From a virus, in IMG/VR virus record IMGVR_UViG_3300022934_000004: a DNA stretch of 64,000 nt. One strand, written 5' to 3'. The translations under genes and the position numbers were made by a program. Below, one piece after another: positions 29,101 to 37,499 of this stretch; the stretch's first letter is position 1, and every line of letters starts with the position of its first letter. The notes under the pieces are model-generated. The model was not told the origin of the DNA. It worked only from the letters and a program-made list of their open reading frames with translations, and made no database searches.

Positions 29101-31403
29101 CCAACGAAGCATCATATGAGCTAATTTCTGATCCTAATAGCGATTGGGATGTTAATGAAAGCAGATTTGATGTCATTAGAGTTGCAAAATATGATTCGGC
29201 TACTGGTACTTATGATTTATTATTAGGAGGTCGAGCAGAAGATGTTAGCTTATTGACTGGAGATTCTGCACCATACACAGATCCGTCTACACCATTGGGT
29301 AGTACACCTGGACATGTTAGTTATGGTATTTATGAAAAAATTAAATTCGTAGACAGTAATTATAAAACTAGTACATTGTGGGCAAAGCAACTAAACTCAC
29401 ATATGGGATATATTGAAGGTGTTACTACTCTATTGATTGAAGAATCGGATATGAGACCTTGGTGGTTTAATGAAACAGAATTTTTCCATAATGGCAATCA
29501 TAGAGTGGTTGCATTTGCAGATGGCCTAGGATTAGATAGTGATGCTAGTACTCTTAAAAGAAGTGATACCGCAATTTTTGGATTTAATGATAATGATGGT
29601 TCTTTATATTTTAGAAGCTCATTCGGCCATATGGGTGAAGATTATATAAACACTGATGTTGTATGGGATCATAATTTTAGAAACTTTGTTGTAGCTGGTG
29701 GATCTTCTTCTCACTCTCCAGGTAAAGATGGAGTTTTATTTAGAGGTGATAAAGAAGGATTTGGGCAAGGTGTGTATCACACATCTTCTTCAACCTCAAA
29801 TGCGTATTACTATGATTCTGCACCTTTTTATGTTACAGATTGGACTTGGCCAAATGTAACTAAAGATAGTAACCCTGCGGCGCCAGACAGTATATTAGAT
29901 GTTGATAGCTATAATCCTTCTATGATTACATCAACATATAATAGTTTAGAATATAATGGATCATATGGTGCTAATGGATTGTTTACAGGTTTCTTAGGAA
30001 TAGTTGATAAAGCAGATTTACAATCATTCTTAAACACTGACACATATAAAGAAAATGTAGCTAATGGTATTAGAGTACATAGAGCTAATGATTTATTTCA
30101 AATACACCAAGTATCAACAGTTGGTGATGCTACTGCTGATGACGGAAACGTGTTTATGTATGACGTAATTAAATCTAAAGATGGTGAATATTATTATTTA
30201 GCAGGACAAACTTCAGGTATGATTGCTAAACAAAATACAGGTTTATCTGGTGTTTATGATTATTTCTTAGGCCAATGGGACATTGCATCAGAACAATTTA
30301 GATTTTGGCAAAATGGAACAGCAGATGATGAAGAAATTTACGCTTTAACTGAATTGCGTGGAACATCTAAAGCTGTAACTAATCCTGAAGCTGAAAATAA
30401 TGGCGCTAGCAAAGGAACTATTAGTTGGACGCCTTCAACCGCTGGTTCATATTTTTATCAATGTGGAAACCATCAAGGTATGAATGGATCATTGAATGTT
30501 ACAGTAGGTGTTGGAGGAAACACATATAATATTGAAGTCTTATATACAAACGCGCCAGGCGCATTTAGATTTAGTGGATCTGATAGAAATGGAACTATTA
30601 ATTCCAGTACAGATAATCCTACAATTACTATACAAACAAATGATACAGTTGTCTTTACAGTAAATAACACTGGGCATCCATTCTGGATACAAACTGCAAC
30701 GGGTACAGGTGGTGCTAAAAAAGGACACATAGCATTTTGTGGACGAACTACTGGTCAATTAGGAGATTCTGTAGATACGCCAACATTTGGAGGATATGAT
30801 TTATTTTTAGGTATATTTGATCCTAGGAATTGGGGAGCAGAATATTATAATATGGGGTCTGGATATAATGATAAAGCAATGAATGTTCATGATATAGATA
30901 GCACTATACCTAATACATTAGCTTTAGTATACACAACTTTTGGATCTATGAATGGCGGCCCAACATTTGGATCAGAAGATATTGGAGTAATTACGTTTAA
31001 TTATGATACTGATGTTTGGAGTGAAGGATTTACAACCGGATCAGAAACTTCAGAAGAAATAGATCAAAATGGAAAACCTAGCACAAGACTAGCTGATGGA
31101 AGAATAGCAGTAGTTGCAAATAGTTCAGGTGCGTTCGCGGATGATGCTGTAACATTTGGATTAAAAGACATGGTTTTAGGCATCTTTGACTTTGATAGTG
31201 ATACATTAAATGGTGGTTATAAAGGATGGAGAAAATATCAAGTTGGATCAGGTTCTTCTGATTTTTCTTATAGTGTTGATAATAATGGATCTTCACTACT
31301 TATAACCGGCTATTCAGAAGCAACATGGGATAAAGAAGTGCATGGTGTTATAGTTGAATTTGACCCAGAAAGAAATGTGCTTGCAAAATCAAGCGGGAGT
31401 TAA
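26124..31403 (+). CDS. Large beta-propeller-rich virion protein with two inserted cupredoxin-like domains (1759 aa)
   Basis: Propeller-like blades (WGGTGDDFI, NGTADDEEIY, GGYDLFLG, VGSGSSDFSY) and CxxHxxM motifs near 27468 and 30462. Confidence 0.6.
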   Translation: MTIANVTRAIALADDSDFLGLPVMHHISEQGYWYTYHPSDYDSNATLAGNSLTIYEWDSISSIASADQVSGFSNRIELDGTAAFIDESHGNGTLRYHGGCIVHIGAGVNDITNVSEDDAFFMGHIGTWGDDGPTNGGLLEDDAFYWDRFYQTTAGGDWNFYQYHKHLPSNYPKFDDGRLVFAADDYIRPADKQYGYLINVRASTGGRSYNVPLARIHTPSIGGAHNSHNDVTLPNASGVNFVNGGIISGGSNRFHAAYLDSNGSGDWNFYTRTYTSSSGSFTPEVNYGSYDLADPVNTPYAGGDAQAEGSLSQYPMRLSAGHAFGTKVYWPVLMNSTYKTFNVELYGNNANNRYYVAGEHRDDPDKLDYVAGGDFATMSQQPTIYLKVGDTIVFDATQSYQAHPMYVKDSLTNLQSTTQNVAAGSSGNGTATVTWDTTGLTPGDYYYVCVIHLAMYGKIVLEPSNGCVDAQIWSVTDANTISPGTLSRVDLPWRFTGRDDKPDILITSVGDKLYIAGGSARDGGLHLYSAEAIDSTGSFYDEGKIISTDSANPARLHGFKYNATNTKFYALASADGQANFKGLYSFDLAGGTFDGYEHLKWNDSGYFQDIGATTSGYIEYTHADAQYTAKTSIEPEGIPNGSSILRWDVASPQFFNRKEINTNSEEYLFQGIYLSDGRKALVGRIEGHVGNTGTEQTGDLLLTIVDNENNSISYSWGGTGDDFITGIIEDEENDRLVISGYAKGELGTKSNQWVHGWARRLRNTDNTAGITFTGIDIDQYGHYTLSANDNLNGDALLTCYNKNFDYLTTVAMSLGAESDNFSGVLTTANNKRLVTGGTKNLTLEKNAFVMNVDSDLTTVNWAKGFGSSTNYLTITDHCLIQNSGTEYAICFAQINTTVNQEDYQKEGVLFGVNTSNGSVIFQKSISGLVSSPSTQRWVSSITPGAPNTGTFFIAGASGIELSSPTRVYKTPFFAYGDINTGDVIQYIEDKWGANEASYELISDPNSDWDVNESRFDVIRVAKYDSATGTYDLLLGGRAEDVSLLTGDSAPYTDPSTPLGSTPGHVSYGIYEKIKFVDSNYKTSTLWAKQLNSHMGYIEGVTTLLIEESDMRPWWFNETEFFHNGNHRVVAFADGLGLDSDASTLKRSDTAIFGFNDNDGSLYFRSSFGHMGEDYINTDVVWDHNFRNFVVAGGSSSHSPGKDGVLFRGDKEGFGQGVYHTSSSTSNAYYYDSAPFYVTDWTWPNVTKDSNPAAPDSILDVDSYNPSMITSTYNSLEYNGSYGANGLFTGFLGIVDKADLQSFLNTDTYKENVANGIRVHRANDLFQIHQVSTVGDATADDGNVFMYDVIKSKDGEYYYLAGQTSGMIAKQNTGLSGVYDYFLGQWDIASEQFRFWQNGTADDEEIYALTELRGTSKAVTNPEAENNGASKGTISWTPSTAGSYFYQCGNHQGMNGSLNVTVGVGGNTYNIEVLYTNAPGAFRFSGSDRNGTINSSTDNPTITIQTNDTVVFTVNNTGHPFWIQTATGTGGAKKGHIAFCGRTTGQLGDSVDTPTFGGYDLFLGIFDPRNWGAEYYNMGSGYNDKAMNVHDIDSTIPNTLALVYTTFGSMNGGPTFGSEDIGVITFNYDTDVWSEGFTTGSETSEEIDQNGKPSTRLADGRIAVVANSSGAFADDAVTFGLKDMVLGIFDFDSDTLNGGYKGWRKYQVGSGSSDFSYSVDNNGSSLLITGYSEATWDKEVHGVIVEFDPERNVLAKSSGS

Positions 31404-31406
31404 TAA

Positions 31407-33782
31407 ATGGCAATTTTAAATTTTCCACCTAATCCTAATAATGGTGATACATATAGCGCTAATGGGATTGATTACACATATGATTCTAATACAACATCTT
31501 GGCTTGTAGATGCTCCAGTAGGATACACTGGATCAAGAGGATTTACTGGATCTAAAGGAGCAGGATATACTGGATCAAGAGGTCTTTTAGGTTATGCGGG
31601 ATCAAGAGGTTTTACAGGATCTCGAGGCTTTACAGGTTCAAGAGGATTTACTGGATCTTCAAACTCACTTGGAATCATATATTATGTAGACACAACTACT
31701 ACTAATACTGCGCAGGACACTGATGCAGGCCAAATGGTTTTTAATAATGCAACTTTTACTAGTGCCACTGAAATTGCTATTGATGCGTTTGATGATCTTA
31801 ATAATAATCAAAATGGTTATATTGACACATTTGATGATTTTGGTTCTAGTACAAATAGAGGTTACTTATATGTAAGATCTCTAGATGCGGCAGATAGTGG
31901 ATTTATTATTTATGAAGTTACTGGTAGTGTTGTTGCAACAGGTAGTGCTAGAAGATTAACTGTTACTGGTGTATCAGGCGGAGCAAACTGGCAAAATAAT
32001 GATAAAGTACTTATTAATTTTATTCATCAGGGGCAAACGGGATTTGTTGGATCACAAGGTAATATAGGATATACTGGATCAAGAGGATTTACAGGATCTC
32101 AAGGCGATACTGGATTTACTGGATCTCAAGGTGTAAGAGGATTTACAGGATCTCAAGGGTTTCGCGGATATACCGGATCTAAAGGTGATAGAGGTTTTAC
32201 TGGCTCTCAAGGTGATATAGGATATACAGGCTCCAAAGGAGATAGAGGATATACTGGATCAAGAGGTGATACTGGTTTTACTGGTTCTTTTGGTGATATC
32301 GGTTATAGTGGATCGAAAGGTGATATTGGTTATACTGGATCGAAAGGTGACATAGGTTTTACAGGTTCACGAGGATTTACTGGATCTAAAGGATTTACAG
32401 GATCAAAAGGTGATATCGGTTATACTGGATCTAAAGGTGATAGAGGATATACCGGATCAAAAGGGGATATCGGTTATACTGGTTCACGAGGATTTACAGG
32501 ATCAAAAGGTGATATCGGTTATACTGGATCTAAAGGTGATAGAGGATATACCGGATCAAAAGGTGATGATGGTACATCTGTTACAATTGCTGGATCAGTA
32601 GCAGATGTTAATGTAAATCCTCCAAATAATCCTCAAACTACTTTAAACTCAGCTTTTCCTTCAGCTTCGGCTGGTGATGGTGTGGTTGATCAGGCAACCG
32701 GTAGTCTTTGGGTTTATGATGGGTCAACTTGGAATAATGTTGGTCAGTTCGTTGGTTATACTGGATCGAAAGGTGATCGAGGATATACGGGATCGAAAGG
32801 TGATATTGGTTATACTGGATCGAAAGGTGACAGAGGATATACTGGATCGAAAGGTGATCGAGGATATACAGGATCGAAAGGTGATCGAGGATATACTGGT
32901 TCACGAGGTTACACTGGATCAAGAGGTGTAACTGGATTCACTGGATCAAGAGGTGTAACTGGATTCACTGGTTCTAAAGGTGACCAAGGTGTTCAAGGAT
33001 TAGCTGGAGCAAATGGATCAGGAGGAGGATATTTTGTTTATGTCGGTGAACAAGCAGGAACTTGGTCTCAATATTTAGCTTTCGGCGACGGTGATAATAG
33101 CACAGGTCGTGGCCCACCCGTTCCAGTGGATTGTAATCTTGATAGAGTTTCAGTTGTTAGTGCAGGTGCACCTACAGGCACAAATACTACGGTACAACTT
33201 TATAAAAATAATAGTTCAGTTGGTATGCCAACAATTACAATCAATGTAGGCTCGACTATCACTGTTTCTAGTAGTTTAAATATATCTGCAAACGCAGGCG
33301 ATCATTTTAACGCTAGAAGAGTAAGTGGTGGTTATCCTACATATCCTAAAGTTACTTTTTCTTTTGCTCATGATGGTGTAAAAGGTTATACTGGATCAAA
33401 AGGAGATCGAGGTTATACGGGGTCTAAAGGTGATACTGGTTATGATGGATCTAAAGGTGATAGAGGATTTACTGGATCTCAAGGTGATAGAGGATATACT
33501 GGTTCAAAAGGTGATACTGGCTTCACTGGATCAAAAGGAGATCGAGGATATACGGGCTCCAAAGGAGATCGAGGATATACGGGCTCAAAGGGAGATCGAG
33601 GTTATACTGGATCTAAAGGAAATCGAGGATATACAGGATCTAAAGGTGATAGAGGTTACACAGGATCAAAGGGAGATCGAGGATATACCGGATCTAAAGG
33701 TGATAGAGGTTACACAGGATCAAAAGGCGCAGATGGTGCAGGTATTGGTTTAGCAATCGCAATGGCGTTAATTTTTGGATAA
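31407..33782 (+). CDS. Collagen-like fibre protein
   Basis: Four Gly-X-Y tracts built from GYT-GSK-GDR units, separated by globular domains. N-terminal LNFPPNP; C-terminal GLAIAMALIFG. Confidence 0.85.
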   Translation: MAILNFPPNPNNGDTYSANGIDYTYDSNTTSWLVDAPVGYTGSRGFTGSKGAGYTGSRGLLGYAGSRGFTGSRGFTGSRGFTGSSNSLGIIYYVDTTTTNTAQDTDAGQMVFNNATFTSATEIAIDAFDDLNNNQNGYIDTFDDFGSSTNRGYLYVRSLDAADSGFIIYEVTGSVVATGSARRLTVTGVSGGANWQNNDKVLINFIHQGQTGFVGSQGNIGYTGSRGFTGSQGDTGFTGSQGVRGFTGSQGFRGYTGSKGDRGFTGSQGDIGYTGSKGDRGYTGSRGDTGFTGSFGDIGYSGSKGDIGYTGSKGDIGFTGSRGFTGSKGFTGSKGDIGYTGSKGDRGYTGSKGDIGYTGSRGFTGSKGDIGYTGSKGDRGYTGSKGDDGTSVTIAGSVADVNVNPPNNPQTTLNSAFPSASAGDGVVDQATGSLWVYDGSTWNNVGQFVGYTGSKGDRGYTGSKGDIGYTGSKGDRGYTGSKGDRGYTGSKGDRGYTGSRGYTGSRGVTGFTGSRGVTGFTGSKGDQGVQGLAGANGSGGGYFVYVGEQAGTWSQYLAFGDGDNSTGRGPPVPVDCNLDRVSVVSAGAPTGTNTTVQLYKNNSSVGMPTITINVGSTITVSSSLNISANAGDHFNARRVSGGYPTYPKVTFSFAHDGVKGYTGSKGDRGYTGSKGDTGYDGSKGDRGFTGSQGDRGYTGSKGDTGFTGSKGDRGYTGSKGDRGYTGSKGDRGYTGSKGNRGYTGSKGDRGYTGSKGDRGYTGSKGDRGYTGSKGADGAGIGLAIAMALIFG
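31521..33740 (+). repeat. Collagen-type coding repeats (18- and 27-nt units) in four tracts: ~31521-31658, ~32031-32573, ~32754-33020, ~33375-33740
   Basis: Recurring ggN taY acN ggN tcN aaR ggN gaY codons; a perfect 74-nt repeat at 32391-32464 and 32490-32563. Confidence 0.85.
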
Positions 33783-33787
33783 GTATT

Positions 33788-34264
33788 ATGGTAGCAGGTG
33801 TATTAGATTTAGCAGCACTTACATCAGCAGGTGCGTATGATACGATAGAATTGCATACTGAGGTTGGAACTTTATCATCCAGTGCTACTATGACAATTTC
33901 TGCAACATCATCTAACGTTAATTATCATGAATTAAAAATTCTTCAAAGTTTGTACGTATGTAGTATAGATGCAAATAGTGATCCGCAGATTGCTCCTGGT
34001 TTAGAACTTGTAGAAGGATCTGTTGGTACTGAACATGTTACTAATACGGGCAATACAGGTTATTTTGTAAGGCCCGCTTTTTGGTTTGGATTTGGAGAAA
34101 CTTGGCATTATGTAGATAAAGCAAAACCTATATATTTAGAATCAGATCCTACAAGTACTTCAGATTGGAAGCCTCTTCAACAAGCAATTATACGAAGATA
34201 TGATGGATCAAGTGGAGATTTTGATATTATCGCATGTTATGCTCTTATAAGGAGATCTAAATAA
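33788..34264 (+). CDS. Small beta-rich virion protein, paralogue 1 of 6
   Basis: LKILQSLYVCSID...VDKAKPIYLE pattern shared with the following ORFs. Confidence 0.55.
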   Translation: MVAGVLDLAALTSAGAYDTIELHTEVGTLSSSATMTISATSSNVNYHELKILQSLYVCSIDANSDPQIAPGLELVEGSVGTEHVTNTGNTGYFVRPAFWFGFGETWHYVDKAKPIYLESDPTSTSDWKPLQQAIIRRYDGSSGDFDIIACYALIRRSK

Positions 34265-34698
34265 TGGCTAATCCAGTTGATTTTTTAAATGTAAGTGAAA
34301 TTGTTCCACATTCAAAAGATTTAAATATCACTTCAAATGGTGCTTGGAATATTTTAATTTCTGGTACCAATATGGGTAGTAATAATGATGGTGGTGCAGC
34401 GCGCAATGGCATGACAACATCTTTAACTATTGAAAATCGTAGAGATTCAGATGCTACGTTTTCAATGAGAGTTTATGATGGTAGCACTCACCGAACAATG
34501 TTTAATAGAACAGGAATTGCTGGACATAGTGTATTACAAATTTTAGATAAACACACACCTGTTGTTATTGTGAGAGATAGTCCAGGGCAAGGTGCAAATT
34601 CCACTGGAATAGAACAAATACAATTTAGACTAGATTCGGGAGTAACTAATCATTTAACAGCACAAGTTCAATACTTTTTATTTGATAGCGGGACTTAA
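34264..34698 (+). CDS. Small beta-rich virion protein, paralogue 2 of 6
   Basis: FLNVSEI...TSLTIEN...ILDKHTPVVI; TAATG stop-start overlap. Confidence 0.55.
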   Translation: MANPVDFLNVSEIVPHSKDLNITSNGAWNILISGTNMGSNNDGGAARNGMTTSLTIENRRDSDATFSMRVYDGSTHRTMFNRTGIAGHSVLQILDKHTPVVIVRDSPGQGANSTGIEQIQFRLDSGVTNHLTAQVQYFLFDSGT

Positions 34699-34699
34699 T

Positions 34700-35071
34700 A
34701 TGACTTTAGTAACTGGAACTAACAATTTTTTAGGTTTAACAAATATAAGAAGAATATCTTCGACTGGTCAAGGTAATGTTTCATCTTATGCAGATATAAT
34801 ATCAAATCCAAATGGATCGGGTAAAACATTTGCTGTTAATTTTGTAGGTATTTCAAACACAGGAGCATCTGAAAACGCACAATATAGAATTTATCAATCG
34901 ACAGGCAGTACTAATTATATGATGATGCAAATGACAATAACTAGAGGTATAATGAATCCTATTTTTACTAATGAAAATCCCTTTTATTTATTTCCAAATG
35001 ATAAACTAAGACTTTATACTGATGCTGGTGGAATTACTAATTATTGGTGTACTTATACGGAGTTGTCATAA
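34700..35071 (+). CDS. Small beta-rich virion protein, paralogue 3 of 6
   Basis: NFLGLTNI...SGKTFAVNFVGISN...NENPFYL...YTELS; start moved to the ATG at 34700. Confidence 0.6.
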   Translation: MTLVTGTNNFLGLTNIRRISSTGQGNVSSYADIISNPNGSGKTFAVNFVGISNTGASENAQYRIYQSTGSTNYMMMQMTITRGIMNPIFTNENPFYLFPNDKLRLYTDAGGITNYWCTYTELS

Positions 35072-35445
35072 TGGCTGTCAATTTATTAACATTAAATGCT
35101 GCTAGTAATACAATATATGCTTGGAGAAAGCGATATGATATGACTACTACTGCAACTTCTGTTATGACTTTTGCAAACGCTGAAACACATATAATAGAAT
35201 CAATTGTTGTAGCTTGGGATGCTACAGCAACACCATCTGCTACTGATAACTTTTCAGTAAGATTAAATACGCCAGGTGGGAATAGATATTTAGCATATAA
35301 TCAAAAATTATTTAGATTTGATGCTGTTCAATTAGTGTATAAAGGTGCGCCAATTTATGCAGGAAATGGTGAAGTAACATCAATATCAGCTTTCGCATCT
35401 AGTGCAAATTATAGAATGTTTATAAACGGATTAAAGATAACATAA
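35071..35445 (+). CDS. Small beta-rich virion protein, paralogue 4 of 6
   Basis: MAVNLLTL...IIESIVVA...YKGAPIY; ATG at 35071 overlaps the previous TAA. Confidence 0.55.
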   Translation: MAVNLLTLNAASNTIYAWRKRYDMTTTATSVMTFANAETHIIESIVVAWDATATPSATDNFSVRLNTPGGNRYLAYNQKLFRFDAVQLVYKGAPIYAGNGEVTSISAFASSANYRMFINGLKIT

Positions 35446-35844
35446 ATGTCATACAATATACTAAATCTTACAAAAATTGAGCCATTTCTACAAAGTGGCG
35501 TTTTAGGATCAACTAATACTACACTCTATCAAACAAGTGCGTCTGATGGATTAATTAGAATTACTGATTTAGAATTTTTTAATGTGCATTCTAGTACTAC
35601 TGCTACAATTTCCGTTAGAGCTTGGACAAATACCACGTCAAATATTACTGAAATTTATTTAAATGATTTTCCATTATTACCAGGTGAAAATATTTTAGTA
35701 GCAGATGCATCTTGTCCCATATGGTTAGGTCCTCATAATGCTCATGAAGCATCAACAGGAGCTCATGGGCTTTATATTACCACATCTTTAACTGGTGCGA
35801 CAAATGGAGTAAGATACATAATTAGTGGGGAGGAATTTGCATAA
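35446..35844 (+). CDS. Small beta-rich virion protein, paralogue 5 of 6
   Basis: NILNLTKI...IRITDLEFFNV...ADASCPIWL...ISGEEFA. Confidence 0.6.
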   Translation: MSYNILNLTKIEPFLQSGVLGSTNTTLYQTSASDGLIRITDLEFFNVHSSTTATISVRAWTNTTSNITEIYLNDFPLLPGENILVADASCPIWLGPHNAHEASTGAHGLYITTSLTGATNGVRYIISGEEFA

Positions 35845-36335
35845 TGGCTGTTAATTATTTAAATATGACAAACGTATATACTTATTCATTTGCTGCTACA
35901 GGTGCTAATTCATCTGCTGATGATACTTGGCATGAATTAATTGATTTTGGTGAAGCTTTAGGAAGTACTAATGCTGTAAGTAATGATGCTATTAGAATAG
36001 TAAATTTAACTGTAACAGGAATGGAAGGATATGCTGATCAAGGAGCATTAATAGGAAATCATCCACCTTATTATCCTTCGTTAGGATTTAGAATACAACA
36101 AAGCAGTTATGGTGGTTCTTCTGCATGGGATTATGTTTGGAGTAGAGAGGATACTAATACACTTCAAGTGGCTGGCGCTAGGGGTGTTACCATTATTGAT
36201 GCTGAAAATCCAGTTACTTTTCCAAATACAAAGGATTGGCGTTTGGATTGGAGATATTCAACAGAGCCTACAAGCGGGCAATGGACATACCGTCCAAGTA
36301 TAATTTGTTCTTTTCAGAGGTTGATGACATCATGA
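35844..36335 (+). CDS. Small beta-rich virion protein, paralogue 6 of 6
   Basis: MAVNYLNMTNV...IRIVNLTVT...IDAENPVTF; TAATG overlap. Confidence 0.55.
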   Translation: MAVNYLNMTNVYTYSFAATGANSSADDTWHELIDFGEALGSTNAVSNDAIRIVNLTVTGMEGYADQGALIGNHPPYYPSLGFRIQQSSYGGSSAWDYVWSREDTNTLQVAGARGVTIIDAENPVTFPNTKDWRLDWRYSTEPTSGQWTYRPSIICSFQRLMTS

Positions 36336-37489
36336 GTAAAAGATTTAATTTCGGCGGAATATTGGGATCAAAAAGAGTTACGGGAGGCTTTAGTACAGGA
36401 GGATACCTAGGGCAAAAAGATCCTGGAATATATTCACTTAGAGCTTTAGCAGGGTTACATAAACGGTGGGCAGCGCCGGCAATAGATGCATTTGATTTTT
36501 ATTTAACATCAGCAGGCGCTGCAACGACAACAACATTACAAACTGGACCAACGACTGCTCAAATAACAAGTCAAAGCGTACCAGCTGGTACTCTAGGTGG
36601 ATCAAATGGTTATCAAGAATGGACAGTACCTGCAGCAGGTAATTATAGATTTACTTTAGAAGGAGCCAGAGGAGGTGTTTCTATAGCAACTAGCGCGTCC
36701 CGTGCAGCAATTAGCGGATGGAATCATTTTTCACCTGCTTCTAACCCTTCACAAAAAAGATGTGCTAGGGGCGCAAAAGTTCAAGGAGTAGTTAGTCTAA
36801 ATGCTGGTGATGTTATTACTGTTCTTGTAGGTCAACAAGGAGCAGATGATCCAGGTAATGGTCAAAATCCAAGTGGAGGAGGTGGTACCTTTGTCTCTCT
36901 TGGTACTAAAGCTCAAGTGGAAGCTGGAAGTGATAATTTATTGTTTGCAGCTGGTGGTGCCGGTGGTTATGCTGGAGATGGTGGATCAGATAATTATACA
37001 GCTGGCGAAGGGCAATCAACAAATACAAATTCGAATGGCAATAGTGGAGCTAATGGATCGGTAGGAAATGGCGCTGCGCAGGCTACCAGTGACGGTAACT
37101 CTGGCGGAGGAGGAGGCTATCTTACTAATAGTTCGAATGGCAGTACTATAAACTTTACTGATATTGAATTAACTGGACGTATAGCATATGGGTTTAGAAG
37201 AGGAGGACATGGCGCTGAACACACTTCTGGTTCTAATGATCAAGGAGGATTTGGTGGAGGTGGAGCAGGATCATCACAAACTGGTCTTGATGATGATAAA
37301 GGCGGCGGCGGTGGATATTCCGGTGGTGCTTATGCTTTTGATGCGTTTTCTTTTGGTGGAGGAGGTGGATCTTATGCTAATCCAGCCGCAACTAGTACAA
37401 CTTTAACTAGAGGCGGAGCTCAATATAATAATGGTGCAACTGGTGTTTCTGAAGGAAATGGAAGTGTTTACATAGAATTTGGTTTTTAG
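36332..37489 (+). CDS. Glycine-rich protein (ALK/LTK-type polyglycine domain), putative adhesin
   Basis: WTVP.AG.Y.F...GARGG...GAKV.G...L..GD.I.VLVGQQG...GGGGTFV...LLFAAGGAGG. Start moved to the ATG at 36332 (ATGA overlap, GAGG upstream). Confidence 0.65.
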   Translation: MSKRFNFGGILGSKRVTGGFSTGGYLGQKDPGIYSLRALAGLHKRWAAPAIDAFDFYLTSAGAATTTTLQTGPTTAQITSQSVPAGTLGGSNGYQEWTVPAAGNYRFTLEGARGGVSIATSASRAAISGWNHFSPASNPSQKRCARGAKVQGVVSLNAGDVITVLVGQQGADDPGNGQNPSGGGGTFVSLGTKAQVEAGSDNLLFAAGGAGGYAGDGGSDNYTAGEGQSTNTNSNGNSGANGSVGNGAAQATSDGNSGGGGGYLTNSSNGSTINFTDIELTGRIAYGFRRGGHGAEHTSGSNDQGGFGGGGAGSSQTGLDDDKGGGGGYSGGAYAFDAFSFGGGGGSYANPAATSTTLTRGGAQYNNGATGVSEGNGSVYIEFGF

Positions 37490-37499
37490 GAGAAGATAA

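Noticed and set aside
31521-33740. Regular short repeats that could be mistaken for a CRISPR array or DGR repeats
   Set aside because: They are in-frame collagen codons varying at synonymous positions. There are no unique spacers, no adenine-specific template/variable pair, and no cas or reverse transcriptase gene in the window.
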